Assembly: GCF_964213995.1 (NCBI RefSeq)
Contig: NW_027590138.1
Span: forward strand, 1,054,001 to 1,118,000
Source: Mustelus asterias
Lineage: Eukaryota
Reading direction: 5' to 3'
DNA: 64,000 nucleotides
The position numbers and the translations under genes were made by a program. Numbering within the stretch: the stretch's first letter is position 1; each line of letters starts with the position of its first letter. A model generated the notes under the pieces. That model saw nothing but the letters and a program-made list of their open reading frames with translations, did not search any database and had not been told where the DNA came from. Positions 23,850 to 36,710 of the stretch are shown here, piece after piece.

Positions 23850-24462
23850 AATACAGAAAAAACTAGAAAATCACAGCCAGTCTGGTAGCATCTCTGGAGA
23901 GAGAAACAGAGATAACCTTTTATGTCCAATGTAACTCTACTTGAGAACGAAAGCGAGGGAGAAATGTGATGGGTTTGATGCTGGTGAGAAAGAGGGGAGG
24001 GGCAGGTAGAACAAAAGGGAAAGTCAGGGATTGGTTAGAGGGTGGGTGAGATTAAATGACAAAAATATGCTGGAACAAAAGGCAAAGGGAGAGGTAATGG
24101 TTGTGGTAAAGAAACAAATCATTGGTCCAGAGTAAGTGTTAATGGCAGAATAAATGACAGCTCTGTCTGGAAGCAAAAAAACATGAAAACAAGATACAGA
24201 CTGGCACTCAGCAAAAAAAACCATCAAAATGGAGGAGAGAGTTCAGGGTGTGAAGTTGTTGAATTCGATGTTGAGTCCAGAAGGCTGTAAAGTGCCTCAT
24301 CGGAAGATGAGGGGCTGTTCGTCCAGCTTGTGTTGGGCTTCTCCGGAACATTGCAGCAGGCCGAGGACAGAAATGTGAGCGTGAGAGCAAGGTGCTGAAT
24401 TCTAATGGCAAGCAAGTGGAAGGTCAGGGTGATGCTTGTGGACTGAGCGGAGGTGTTCCACA
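23850..24462 (-). mobile_element. Penelope-like element 3' end (second family)
   Basis: Decayed GIY-YIG C-terminus (..KLDEQPLIFR*GTLQPSGLNIEFNNF) plus terminal module. Confidence 0.65.
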
Positions 24463-25934
24463 AAGAGGGCAGGGAACAGGCTACAGATGAATTAAAGAGA
24501 AACCATTTGTGTCCAGAACATTGTGAACATCCTTTTACTCTGGTTGTCTTTGATCCTCAAGTCATTTTCTGTTTGTTTTAACCATGTTCTGTTTCATTAA
24601 TAAACTTTTATCAGTAAAAATATTTGATTTTTCTGGATTTTTTTCTGATTATATTGATGCACTTTAGGGAAAGTGGGTGAGAGGGGTTGGCAGGCTCTTT
24701 AACAGAAAGTGATCCCTCTAAGGTAATTGGCAAAGGAGCCAGAGGGGGAGATGAGATTATATTTTATATTTTTGACACAGCGAGGTGTTCTGATCTGCCT
24801 GAAAGCAGATTCAATAGAATCTTTCCAAACGTTAAAGACTTGAAAGGGAAGAATTTGCAGGGCTGTGGGGAAAGAACAGAGCAGTTGGATGAATCAGAGT
24901 CCTTTCAAATAGATAGCAGAGGCACAATGGGCTGAATGGACTCCTCCTGCAGCCTGTCAATCTCAGCCTCCTGCTTCTGTGCAAGTTAAAAGGGACAGAT
25001 TTCAGTGCAGCCTTTTCCCTGTTTATGTATTTAAAGAGACGGGTTTCTCTTTAGCTCTGAGTGACCGATATAACAATTGGTTGGAGGCCCATTTCCCACT
25101 CAGTCCTCCAGCACCTTCCTGTCTCTCCATTAGTGCGACACCCATGGCAGTTTCCCAACTGGGGCGTAGGCCCCATTATTCTCAGCGAAATTCAGCCCTC
25201 AGCTCCGTCGCCTGGCTGTCATTAACACGAGCAATAGAGAGACAGAAAGGTGCCCCAGGCTCAAATGGGAATCGAAACTTGTGGCTTTAAATGAACTGTT
25301 AGAATTTCTGTGACATTCAATAATTTAAAAAGTGAATTTAAACCCAGTGAATAAATTAAAGAATCACATGACAAAACTTCAAGTTTTTTGACATTTATTC
25401 CAACAAACTGGAAGCAACAATGACTAAATACTGTTCTTTGTAGGGAACATTGCCCTTAAACTGTAAAATTGAACTTTGCCCTTTTACTCTTAACACAATC
25501 AAATATCCCACTCAACGGTTATATTTTACTCTGTCTCCAAAATTTTCCAAAAACCAGTCCAAAGTGATTCTTCACTCCCCGAGTGTTTATTTCCTTTTCC
25601 AGTCTGGCAACCTTTAATCCCAGAACTGTCCTTCACAGTGATGGTTCTCCTGGACATTTTCCCACTAACACAAGCAAGGCGAATCTTCCAGCCTTGTTAC
25701 ACAATCCTCAGGAATTTGTGACCAACATTCAACATCAGAGCAGAAGTAGCCATTTGGCCCTTTGAGTCTGCTCCACCATTTATTTAGATCATGGCTGATC
25801 TTTTTGTGTTGAGTTCCACATTCTCGTTCTACACCCAATACTTTTGATGTCCTTATCCAAAAGAATTGGTATGAAGGCAAAATTCTGCTGTTGCTGGAAT
25901 CTGAAACAGACACAGGAAATGCTGGACAATCTCT

Positions 25935-26898
25935 TTGATCCACTGGAGCAAGCTGAGAGGGGTGATTGAAAAGCAGCAGTGCTGGTAAGAGATTAATTGG
26001 ATTAATTGAATTGTTTATTTATTTAATTAGTCAGCTAGTGTGTGTATTTTTTTGGCCTTTACTTTAACAGCAGTTTTTCAAGTTTAAAGTGAAAACTAGA
26101 AGTGGGCAGCAAAGGAGTCTGGGAAGGGTTTTTATTTTAACTTTAATAGTCAGTTACCTGGGAGGTGCCCCCTCATTGATCCACTGGAGCAAGCTGAGAG
26201 GGGTGATTGAAAAGCAGCAGTGCTGGTAAGAGATTAATTGGATTAATTGAATTGTTTATTTATTTAATTAGTCAGCTAGTGTGTGTATTTTTTTGGCCTT
26301 TACTTTAACAGCAGTTTTTCAAGTTTAAAGTGAAAACTAGAAGTGGGCAGCAAAGGAGTCTGGGAAGGGTTTTTATTTTAACTTTAAAAGTCAGTTACCT
26401 GGGAGGTTCCCCCTCATTGATCCACTGGAGCAAGCTGAGAGGGGTGATTGAAAAGCAGCAGTGCTGGTAAGAGATTAATTGGATTAATTGAATTGTTTAT
26501 TTATTTAATTAGTCAGCTAGTGTGTGTATTTTTTTGGCCTTTACTTTAACAGCAGTTTTTCAAGTTTAAAGTGAAAACTAGAAGTGGGCAGCAAAGGAGT
26601 CTGGGAAGGGTTTTTATTTTAACTTTAAAAGTCAGTTACCTGGAAGGTTCCCCCTCATTGATCCACTGGAGCAAGCTGAGAGGGGTGATTGAAAAGCAGC
26701 AGTGCTGGTAAGAGATTAATTGGATTAATTGAATTGTTTATTTATTTAATTAGTCAGCTAGTGTGTGTATTTTTTTGGCCTTTACTTTAACAGCAGTTTT
26801 TCAAGTTTAAAGTGAAAACTAGAAGTGGGCAGCAAAGGAGTCTGGGAAGGGTTTTTATTTTAACTTTAAAAGTCAGTTACCTGGGTGGTTCCCCCTCA
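25935..26898 (+). repeat. Four tandem 241-bp monomers at the 5' end of the CR1
   Basis: GATCCACTGGAGCAAG recurs at 25937, 26178, 26419, 26660. Confidence 0.95.
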
Positions 26899-27045
26899 GT
26901 AGTAGTTTTTTTTCTCTCGGGCCCCGAGCCCTATAAATTGGTGCAGAGGAGATACCCGATCCTCTACACTGGTAGAGGATCCCACCCTTCCATCCTCCTC
27001 TAACCTAATTATAAGTGTGGGGAAGTTTTTTGTTTTCTTTTTTTC

Positions 27046-27984
27046 TTGCTGGTAATGGCTTCAGGGATGGCAGTTCAGGCAGTATGCTGCATCTCCTGTG
27101 GGATGTATGTGGTGAGGAAATCCAGTAGTGTTTCAGGAGATTTTAGTTGTAAGAAGTGCATTAGATTGCAGCTTCTGGAGGAGCGTGTAAAGGAGCTGGA
27201 GGGGGAGGTAGAGGAACTCCGCATAATTCGGGAGGCGGAGGTGGAAGTTGATAGGAGTTATAGAGAAATAGTAACTCCTAGAAATGAGGCTTGGGTCAAT
27301 GCCAGGAGGAGGGGTAAGAAGCAATCGGGAAGACAATCCCCTGGGGCGGTTCCCCTCCATAATAGGTTTTCGGTGCTGGAGGCTACAGTTGAGGAGGAAT
27401 CAACTGAGCATAGAGAGCAGATCTCTGGGGGTGAGCCGAGTGAGAAAGCTCAGGTGGTTAGGGGCTGTAAAAGACTGGGCCTTGTGATTGGGGACTCCAC
27501 AATTAAGGGGACAGATAGGAGGGTCGGAACTAAAGGTAGGGACTCAGGGTTGGTGTGTTGCCTACCAGGGGCTGGGGTCCGGGATGTGTCTGACAGGGTA
27601 TTCAGGACTCTTAGGGGGGAGGGAGATAAACCACAAGTTATTGTACATGTGGGGACACACGACATAGGGAGGATAGGGGAAGGGGATATTAGGCAGGGAT
27701 TTATGGAGTTGGGGTGGAAACTAAAGGCCAAGACTGACAGAGTGGTTATCTCTGGACTCTTGCCTGTACCACGGGATAGTTTAGAGAGGAATAGGGAGAG
27801 GGAAGGTTTGAATTCATGGCTGAGGGGATGGTGCAGGAGGGAGGGGTTCAGGTACTTAAGCAATTGGGGCTCGTACTGGGGAAGGTGTGACCTCTATGAG
27901 AAGGATGGTCTACACCTTAATCAGAAGGGGATTAATATCATGGGGGGTAAATTTGCTAAGGCCATGCAGGGAGGTTTAAACTGA
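27046..27984 (+). CDS. CR1 ORF1 (Cys zinc finger, coiled coil, SGNH esterase-like)
   Basis: CISC..CKKC, LEERVKELE, VIGDS, VHVGTHD, DGLHLN. Confidence 0.92.
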   Translation: MLVMASGMAVQAVCCISCGMYVVRKSSSVSGDFSCKKCIRLQLLEERVKELEGEVEELRIIREAEVEVDRSYREIVTPRNEAWVNARRRGKKQSGRQSPGAVPLHNRFSVLEATVEEESTEHREQISGGEPSEKAQVVRGCKRLGLVIGDSTIKGTDRRVGTKGRDSGLVCCLPGAGVRDVSDRVFRTLRGEGDKPQVIVHVGTHDIGRIGEGDIRQGFMELGWKLKAKTDRVVISGLLPVPRDSLERNREREGLNSWLRGWCRREGFRYLSNWGSYWGRCDLYEKDGLHLNQKGINIMGGKFAKAMQGGLN

Positions 27985-28034
27985 TTCGGGGGGGGGGAGG
28001 GATCCTGAGTAGTGGGGCTGAAAGTGAGGGATGC

Positions 28035-30855
28035 ATGGATGGGGACTGCAATGCACGGCATTGCAGAGGTGGGGTGGAGCAGGGTTTGAAATGTGTATAC
28101 TTCAATGCCAGGAGTATTCGCAATAAAGTGGGTGAACTTGCAGCGTGGATCAGTACCTGGGACTTCGATGTTGTGGCTATTTCAGAGACATGGATAGAGC
28201 AGGGGCAGGAATGGATGCTGCAGGTCCCGGGGTTCAAATGTTTTAGTCGAAGTAGGGAAGGAGGTAGAAGAGGGGGAGGGGTAGCATTATTGGTCAGAGA
28301 TTGTATCACAGTGTCAGAGAGGAGGTTTGATGAGGACTTATCTGTTGAGGTAGTATGGGCGGAGATTAGAAATAGGAGAGGAGAGGTCACCCTGTTGGGA
28401 GTCTTTTATAGACCTCCTAAAAGTTCTAGAGAGGTTGAGGAAAGGATTGCGGAGTCAATCCTGCTTAGGAGTGAAAGTAATAGGGCAATTGTTATGGGGG
28501 ATTTTAACTTGACTAAAATTGACTGGAATTGTTATAGCTCTAGCTCGTTAGAGGGGTCAGTTTTTGTTCAAAGCGTGCAGGAAGGTTTTTTGACTCAGTA
28601 TGTAGACAGGCCAACTAGAGGTGAGGCTATATTGGATCTGGTGCTGGGAAATGAGCCAGACCAGGTGCTAGACTTGGAAGTTGGTGTGCATTTTGGTGAT
28701 AGTGACCACAATTCGGTTACGTTCACCTTAGTGATGGAAAGGGATAGGCATGAACCTCGGGCCAGTGGTTTTAGCTGGGGGAAGGGTAATTATGAGGCTA
28801 TTAGGAGAGAATTAGGAAACATAGGTTGGACTAGGAGATTACAGGGACTGGGAACGTCCGACATGTGGAGTTTTTTCAAGGAGCAGCTACTGCGAGTCTG
28901 TGATAGGTATGTCCCTGTCAGGCAAGGAGGAATTGGTAGGGCTAGGGAACCGTGGTGCACCAAAAAAGTTTCTTTGTTGGTTAAAAAGAAAAAGGAGGCT
29001 TATGTTCGGATGAGACGTGAGCACTCGGGTAGTGCACTAGAAAGCTTTAGATTGGCTAAGAGGGAGTTGAAGAGCGAGCTTAGAAGGGCTAAAAGGGGAC
29101 ATGAGAAGACTTTGGCGGATAGGGTTAAAGAGAATCCTAAGGCGTTCTATAGGTATGTCAAGAACAGAAGGTTGGTTAGGGCAAGTTTAGGGCCAGTTAT
29201 AGATGGCAGAGGGAAGTTATGTGTGGAACCGGAGGAGATTGGTGAAGCATTGAACCAATATTTCTCTTCGGTGTTCACGCAAGGGGACATGAATATAGCT
29301 GAGGAGGACACTGGGTTGCAAGGGAGTAGAATAGACAGTATTACAGTTGATAAGGAGGATGTGCAGGATATTCTGGAGGGTCTGAAAATAGATAAATCCC
29401 CTGGTCCGGATGGGATTTATCCAAGGATTCTCTGGGAGGCAAGAGAAGTGATTGCAGAGCCTCTGGCTCTGATCTTCAGGTCGTCGTTGGCCTCTGGTAT
29501 AGTACCAGAAGATTGGAGGTTAGCGAATGTTGTCCCATTGTTTAAGAAGGGGAACAGAGACTTCCCCGGGAATTATAGACCGGTGAGTCTCACTTCTGTT
29601 GTCGGCAAGATGTTGGAAAAAATTATAAGGGATAGGATTTATAGTTATTTGGAGAGTAATGAATTGATAGGTGATAGTCAGCATGGTTTTGTGGCAGGTA
29701 GGTCGTGCCTTACTAACCTTATTGAGTTTTTTGAGAAAGTGACCAAGGAGGTGGATGGGGGCAAGGCAGTGGACGTGGTATATATGGATTTTAGTAAGGC
29801 GTTTGATAAGGTTCACCATGGTAGGCTTCTGCAGAAAATGCAGATGTATGGGATTGGGGGTGATCTAGGAAATTGGATCAGGAATTGGCTAGCGGCTAGG
29901 AAACAGAGGGTGGTGGTTGATAGTAAATATTCATCATGGAGTGCGGTTACAAGTGGTGTACCTCAGGGATCTGTTTTGGGGCCACTGCTGTTTGTAATAT
30001 TTATTAATGATCTGGATGAGGGTATAGTTGGGTGGATTAGCAAATTTGCTGATGACACCAAAGTCGGTGGTGTGGTAGACAGTGAGGAAGGGTGTCGTAG
30101 TTTGCAGGAAGACTTAGACAGGTTGCAAAGTTGGGCCGAGAGGTGGCGGATGGAGTTTAATGCGGAGAAGTGTGAGGTAATTCACTTTGGTAGGAATAAC
30201 AGATGTGTTGAGTATAGGGCTAACGGGAGGACTTTGAATAGTGTGGAGGAGCAGAGGGATCTAGGTGTATGTGTGCATAGATCCCTGAAAGTTGGGAATC
30301 AAGTAGATAAGGTTGTTAAGAAGGCATATGGTGTCTTGGCGTTTATTGGTAGGGGGATTGAATTTAGGAGTCGTAGCGTTATGTTGCAACTGTACACAAC
30401 TCTGGTGCGGCCGCACTTGGAGTACTGTGTGCAGTTCTGGTCCCCACATTACAGGAAGGATGTGGAGGCTTTGGAGAGGGTGCAGAGGAGGTTTACCAGG
30501 ATGTTGCCTGGTATGGAGGGGAGATCCTATGAGGAGAGGCTGAGGGATTTGGGATTGTTTTCGCTGGAAAGGCGGCGGCTAAGAGGGGATCTTATTGAAA
30601 CATATAAGATGATTAGAGGTTTAGATAGGGTGGATAGTGATAGCCTTTTTCCTCTGATGGAGAAATCCAGCACGAGGGGGCATGGCTTTAAATTGAGGGG
30701 GGGGTAGTTATAGAACCGATGTCAGGGGTAGGTTCTTTACCCAGAGGGTGGTGAGGGATTGGAATGCCCTGCCAGCATCAGTAGTAAATGCGCCTAGTTT
30801 GGGGGCGTTTAAGAGATCCGTAGATAGGTTCATGGACGAAAAGAAATTGGTTTAG
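28035..30855 (+). CDS. CR1 ORF2 (APE endonuclease + reverse transcriptase); one extra G in G8 at 30697-30704 truncates the frame at 30707
   Basis: NARS, ISETW, MGDFN, SDH, GVPQGSVLGP, FADD; corrected frame ends at TAG 30853-30855. Confidence 0.92.
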
Positions 30856-31847
30856 GTTGGAGGGTCACAGTTTTTTTTTTTAACTGGTCGGTGCAACATC
30901 GTGGGCCGAAGGGCCTGTTCTGCGCTGTAATGTTCTATGTTCTATGTTCTATGTTCTATCTCAGCAAGTCTGACAGCATCTGTAAAGAGAGAATGGAGGC
31001 AACATTTGGAGTCAGGATGACCCTTTATCAGAGCTGAAAACAAAGAAAATCAGACAAAATTCATCCCGTGAGGGTCAAGAATTGGGAAGCAATCTATTAA
31101 ACCTCCTCTGAACCACTTTCAATGCATTTGTATCATTTCTTAAATAGGAGACAAAGCTACACCCAGTGTTCAAGATGCAGTCTCAGCAATGCCCTGTATA
31201 ACTGAAGCAGAACATCTTTACTTCTATGTTCAATTTCTTTCGTAATAAAGGATAACATTCCATTTGTAAGAACTTTGATTTATGTGAATGAAGATTTATG
31301 AGGGTTCTCTTGTTTACAATAACCTCCCCAATCGTAAATCACACCAGGTTCCAGTGACTTAACCATGTGGCAAGAAAGAAAGCAAGCTTTAAATGGTGAA
31401 ATCAGAAAGTTTGTTAACCATTAAAAATGTAACAAGTCAGAAAGATAAAAAGCAAAGTGTCGATTAACAGTTAATAGAGAAAGTTTAACTTTAACAATTG
31501 AACAGACTTCTCTCCATCCCTCAGACCAGGACATGACGTGACGGCTCCGAAAACGTGGATAACTTGTAAAACCAACAGCTCACCACACCTCTCTGTAAAC
31601 ATATCTCCCTCCACCTCTCTCTACCAAGTTGGCTTCTCAAGACCACTTTTTTATACTTTAAAAATGCTGAAAGCCCATCTTAGCCAATTCCCATAAATCT
31701 TCAATTATGAACTAAAATAGACACGAGTTTTCGGGTGATTTAAAAACAAATGAACTGTCTGCTGAAAGGGTTAACTTTTCTACAGAACCTAAAGGGGTGG
31801 AGAGTGAGCAGCAAAAACTTGGCACACAATTACATCACTTTACACAA

Positions 31848-34311
31848 CCATAGAACCATAGAAAATTACAGCTCAGAAACAGGCCTTTTGGCCCTTCTTG
31901 TCTGTGCCGAACCATTTTTTGCCTAGTCCCACTGACCTGCACTTGGACCATATCCCTCCACACCCCTCTCATCCATGAGCCCGTCCAAGTTTTTCTTGAA
32001 TGTTAAAAGTTAAATGTTAAATTTACCACTTTATCCGGCAGCTCATTCCACACTGCCACCACTCTCTGCGGGAAGAAGCCCCCCCCCTAATATTCCCTTT
32101 AAACTTTTCTTTCACCCTTAACCCATGCCCTCTGTTTTTTTTCTCCCCGAGCCTCAGCGGAAAAAGCCTGCTTGCATTCACTCTATCTATACCCGTCAAA
32201 ATCTTATACACCTCTATCAAATCTCCCCTCAATCTTCTACGCTCCAGGGAATAAAGTCCCAACCCATTCAATCTCTTTCTGTAACTCAGCTTCTCAAGTC
32301 CCGGCAACATCCTTGTGAACCTTCTCTGCACTCTTTCAACCTTATTTACATCCTTCCTGTAACTAGGTGACCAAAACTGTACACAATACTCCAAATTCGG
32401 CCGCACCAATGCCTTGTATAACCTTACCATAACACTCCAACTTTTATACTCGATACTCCGATTTATAAAGGCCAATGTACCAAAGGCACTCTTTACGACC
32501 CTATCCACCCTTGACGTCACTTTTAGGGAATTCTGTACCTGTATTCCCAGATCCCTCTGTTCAACTGCACTCTTCAGAGTCCTACCACTTACCCTGTACG
32601 TTCTACTTTGGTTTGTCCTTCCAATGTGCAATATCTCACACTTGTCTGCGTTAAATTCCATTTGCCATTTTTCAGCCCATTTTTCTAGTTGGTCCAAATC
32701 CCTCTGCAAGCTTTGAAAACCTTCCTCACTGTCCACTACACCTCCAATCTTTGTATCATCAGCAAACTTGCTGATCCAATTTACCACATTATCATCCAGA
32801 TCATTGATATAGATGACAAACAACAATGGACCCAACACCGATCCCTGCGGCACACCACTAGTCACAGGCCTCCACTCAGAGAAGCAATTCTCCACAACCA
32901 CTCTCTGGCTTCTTCCATTGAGCCGGCATCTCCACATCACGTTCTTCCATTGAGCCAGTGTCTAATCCAATTTACTACCTCCCCATGTATACCACGCGAC
33001 TGAACCTTCCTAACTAACCTCCCATGAGGGACCTTGTCAAAGGCCTTGCTGAAATCCAGGTCGACAACACCCACCGCCTTCCCTTCATCCACTTTCCTGG
33101 TAACCTCCTCGAAAAACTCTAATAGATTGGTCAAACATGACCTACCACGCACAAAGCCATGTTGACTCTCCCTAATAAGTCCCTGTCTATCCAAATATTT
33201 GTAGATCCTATCCCTTATCACACCTTCCAATAATTTGCCCACCGACGTCAAACTTACTGGCCTATAATTTCCCGGATTTCTTTTGGAACCTTTTTTAAAC
33301 AACGGAACAACATGAGCCACCCTCCAATCATCCGGCACCTCCCCCGTGAATACTGACATTTTAAATATGTCTGCCAGGGCCCCTGCAAGTTCAACACTAG
33401 CTTCCCTCAAGGTCCGTGGGAATACCCTGACCGGTCCTGGGGATTTATCCACTCTGATTTGCCTCAAGACAGCAAGCACTTCCTCCCCTTTAATCTGTAA
33501 AGGTTCCATGACCTCCCTACCAGTTTGCCCTATTTCCGTAGACTCCATGTCCGTTTCCTCAGTAAATACGGATGCAAAAAAACCATTTAGTATCTCCCCC
33601 ATCTCTTTTGGTTCCATACACAGTCTACCACTCTGGTCTTCAAGAGGACCAATTTTATCCCTATCCTTTTGCTCCTAACATACCTATAGAAGCTCTTTGG
33701 ATTTCCTTCACTCTGTCTGCCAAAGCAACCTCATGTCTTCTTTTAGCCCTCCTGATTTCCCTCTTAAGTAGCTTCTTGCACTTTTTATACTCCTCGAGCA
33801 TCTGATGTGTTCCTTGCTGCCTGTACATTTCATACAACTCTCTCTTCCTCTTAATCAGTGTTACAATCTCCCTCGAGAACCAAGGTTCCTTATTCCTATT
33901 TACTTTGCCTTTAATCCTGACAGGAACATACAAACTCTGCACTCTCAAAATTTCTCCTTTGAAGGCCTCCCACTTTCCATTTACATCCTTACCAGAGAAC
34001 AGCCTGTGCCAATCCACACTTCCCAGATCCCTTCTCATTTATCAAATTTGGCCTTTTTCCAGTTCAGAGCTTCAACCCGAGGACCAGATCTATCCTTATC
34101 CACGATCAGGTTGAAACTAATGGCATTATGATCACTGGATCCAAAGTGTTCCCTCACACTCACATCCATCACCTGCCCTAACTCATTTCCCAATAGGAGA
34201 TCCAATATCGCATCCTCTCTAGTTGGCACCTCTATATACTGATGCAGAAAATTCTCCTGAACACATTTTACAAACTCTACCCCGTCTAAACCTTTAACAG
34301 TATGCGAGTCC
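31848..34311 (-). mobile_element. 5'-truncated CR1 LINE with frameshifted ORF2
   Basis: RT/endonuclease peptides in ORFs 32023-34370; (TTCTATGG)n tail. Confidence 0.9.
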
Positions 34312-35552
34312 CTTCTTACAAGTTTAAAAAACTTCCCTAAGAACAAAACAAACTTGATGTTAAACTGCATCCATTAATTTTTTTGTTCTATTCATCAACC
34401 TAATTATTTTAATTTGATCAGTTATTGTGAGGGATGATTAACTTCTGTTCTTTATAAACTGGTTCACTCATTTTGTTAATTCTACATGGGCTCGAGAATC
34501 AGAACCCAGACTTTACCATCCTTATTTTTTCTCCCTTTGCCACCACTCCCTCTGTTTTGCGGGAGGGTCGTGGGGATTCCAATCAGAACTAATCAAATTA
34601 TCATAAAAGTAATGCTGGAAGATCTCAGCAGGTCTGACAGCATCTTTGGAGAGAGAATAGAGCCAATGTTTTGAGTCTGGATGAGCTTCTTACAAAGTGT
34701 CATCCAGAATCGAAACGTTGTTTCTATTCTCTAATCATTTTATCTATAAGCTTCTTGTTCTTAGTTTCCAAATGGCAGGTAAGAGACCTGTCCGGTCCCC
34801 ACTCGAGCTCTGGTTTTTCACTGGCCATGCGTGGATAGGATTATAACTGTTAGAATCTACTCTCAGAGATCTGCTTTTCAGACCAGTGCTACTTGGAGAA
34901 TACCATCACTTCACCAAATATCGGGTCACAAGTCCCTCACAGTTCTTATCACAAATTGACGATAGGTTAAGCAATGCCTCAGAACGCTTTTTAACTTCTT
35001 AACCAACTACCTACCACTGTTTGTTGATTGGTCGGACCCCTTTTTTACAGATTCAGGTCTCTCAGCCGCTGAACACCAGCCGGTCCTGGAATAAGTTTAA
35101 TTTGAACTCATTCTGAGTCAATATTCTCACCAGGTCCTCTGTTGGGACCCTGCTAAGCAGCTTTAATGGTCCATGATTGCAGAAACTGAGAAGTTACAGG
35201 AATGTGGTCAAGATAGTCCAGTCCCATTATGCCTCACATTCAATCTGCTGTCCTTCAATTATAACAGAATATGTGGCTGTATGTAGCTGCCTCGGCCATG
35301 GTCAACCCCAACACTGCCTTCCTGAACTGCTTCAATGCCTGAGGTGTAAGTACACCCACAGTGCTGTTAGAGAGGGAGAATGTAGATGGATACCAGATTG
35401 ATATATTCCATTCAACCACACCCAAGATGAGTTATTCCAATTTCTTTATTGTCCAGGACAATATATTCACAATATCTTTAAAACAGAAATTAAACATTCC
35501 CATTTGATTTCAGGTAGTAACATATTCTGTTAGTTTGTTCTTTATTGTCAAT

Positions 35553-35850
35553 GTCAGGCTGGGGTTGTTCCCCTTGGAGCAAAGGAGGTTGAGGGGAGAT
35601 TTGATAGAGGTGACAAGATTCTGACAGGTTTAGATAAGGTGGACAAAGAAAAGCTGTTCCCATTAGCTGATGGGACAAGGATGAGGGGGAGACAGATTTA
35701 AGGTTTTGGATCAGAGATGCAGTTGAGGGGGGGGGGGTGATGTGAGGAAGAATATTTTGATACAGCGAATGGTAATGACCTGGAACTCGCTGCCTACGAG
35801 GGTGGAGGAAGTGGAGACAATAAACAATTACAAAGGAAATTGGATGGGCG
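35553..35850 (+). mobile_element. Old CR1 3' fragment
   Basis: GLFPLEQRRLRGDLIEV-type decayed reading. Confidence 0.6.
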
Positions 35851-36119
35851 TTTGGGGGGTTTCAAACAGAAATGCTGCCTAAATATCTCTGAACTTCCTC
35901 ACACCCTGTCACTCTGTGATCTGTGTGAAATTTGAAACCAGGTATTCGCAACAAGACTCAAGGAGCATCAGCCCACTGGAGGCAAAGTTGTGAGACCGAC
36001 CAGTCCAACAGAAAGAAACCCTCCGACCCTCCCCATTGACCAACTGTGAGAATGAACAAAATGCAGTCCTGGGTGTAATTGAGAGCAGAAACAGTAACAG
36101 CAGAATCCAACCTCTGGAA

Positions 36120-36710
36120 TCACTCGTGAACTTGTTGGTGTCTCAGCAGGTGGGATGAAACTCTGAATCTCTTCCCACACACAGAGCAGGTGAATGGCCT
36201 CTCCCCAGTGTGAACTCGCTGGTGTGTGCAGAGGTTTGAGAGGTCAGTGAATCCCTTCCCACACTGAGAGCACATAAATGGTTTCTCCCCAGTGTGAACT
36301 CGCTCGTGTGTCCGCAGACTGGATAACTGAGTGAATCCATTCCCACACTGAGAGCAGGTAAATGGTCTCTCCCCAGTGTGAACTCGCTGGTGTCTTCGCA
36401 GGCCTGATGAATTACTGAATCCCTTCCCACACTGAGAACAAGTGAATGGTCTGTCCCCAGTGTGAACTCGCTGGTGAGTCCGCAGGTTGGATGACTGAGT
36501 GAATCCCTGCCCACACTGAGAGCAGGTGAACGGTCTCTCCCCAGTGTGAACTCGCTGGTGTCTTTGCTGGCCGGATGAATCACTGAATCCCTCCCCACAC
36601 TGAGAGCAGGTGAACGGCCTCTCCCCCGTATGGCTGCGCCAATGCGCTTCGAGCTCAGATGGGTATCCATATCTTTTCCCACAGTCCGCACACTTCCATG
36701 GTTTCTCCAT
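36120..36710 (-). CDS. C2H2 zinc-finger protein, 7 fingers (ZNF-F)
   Basis: Open ORF from [10 protein letters not shown]. Confidence 0.88.
   Translation of the reverse strand: MEKPWKCADCGKRYGYPSELEAHWRSHTGERPFTCSQCGEGFSDSSGQQRHQRVHTGERPFTCSQCGQGFTQSSNLRTHQRVHTGDRPFTCSQCGKGFSNSSGLRRHQRVHTGERPFTCSQCGNGFTQLSSLRTHERVHTGEKPFMCSQCGKGFTDLSNLCTHQRVHTGERPFTCSVCGKRFRVSSHLLRHQQVHE

Larger units (their letters stand above)
25934..30957 (+). mobile_element. Full-length CR1-clade LINE (HER1-like)
   Basis: Tandem-monomer 5' UTR, ORF1, ORF2, (GTTCTAT)n tail; ATCTC duplicated at 25929-25933 and 30958-30962; splits a Penelope terminal module. Confidence 0.95.

Noticed and set aside
31260-35180. Possible LTR or ERV remnant flanking the minus-strand CR1
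   Set aside because: No paired LTR, convincing PBS or coding remnant identified.
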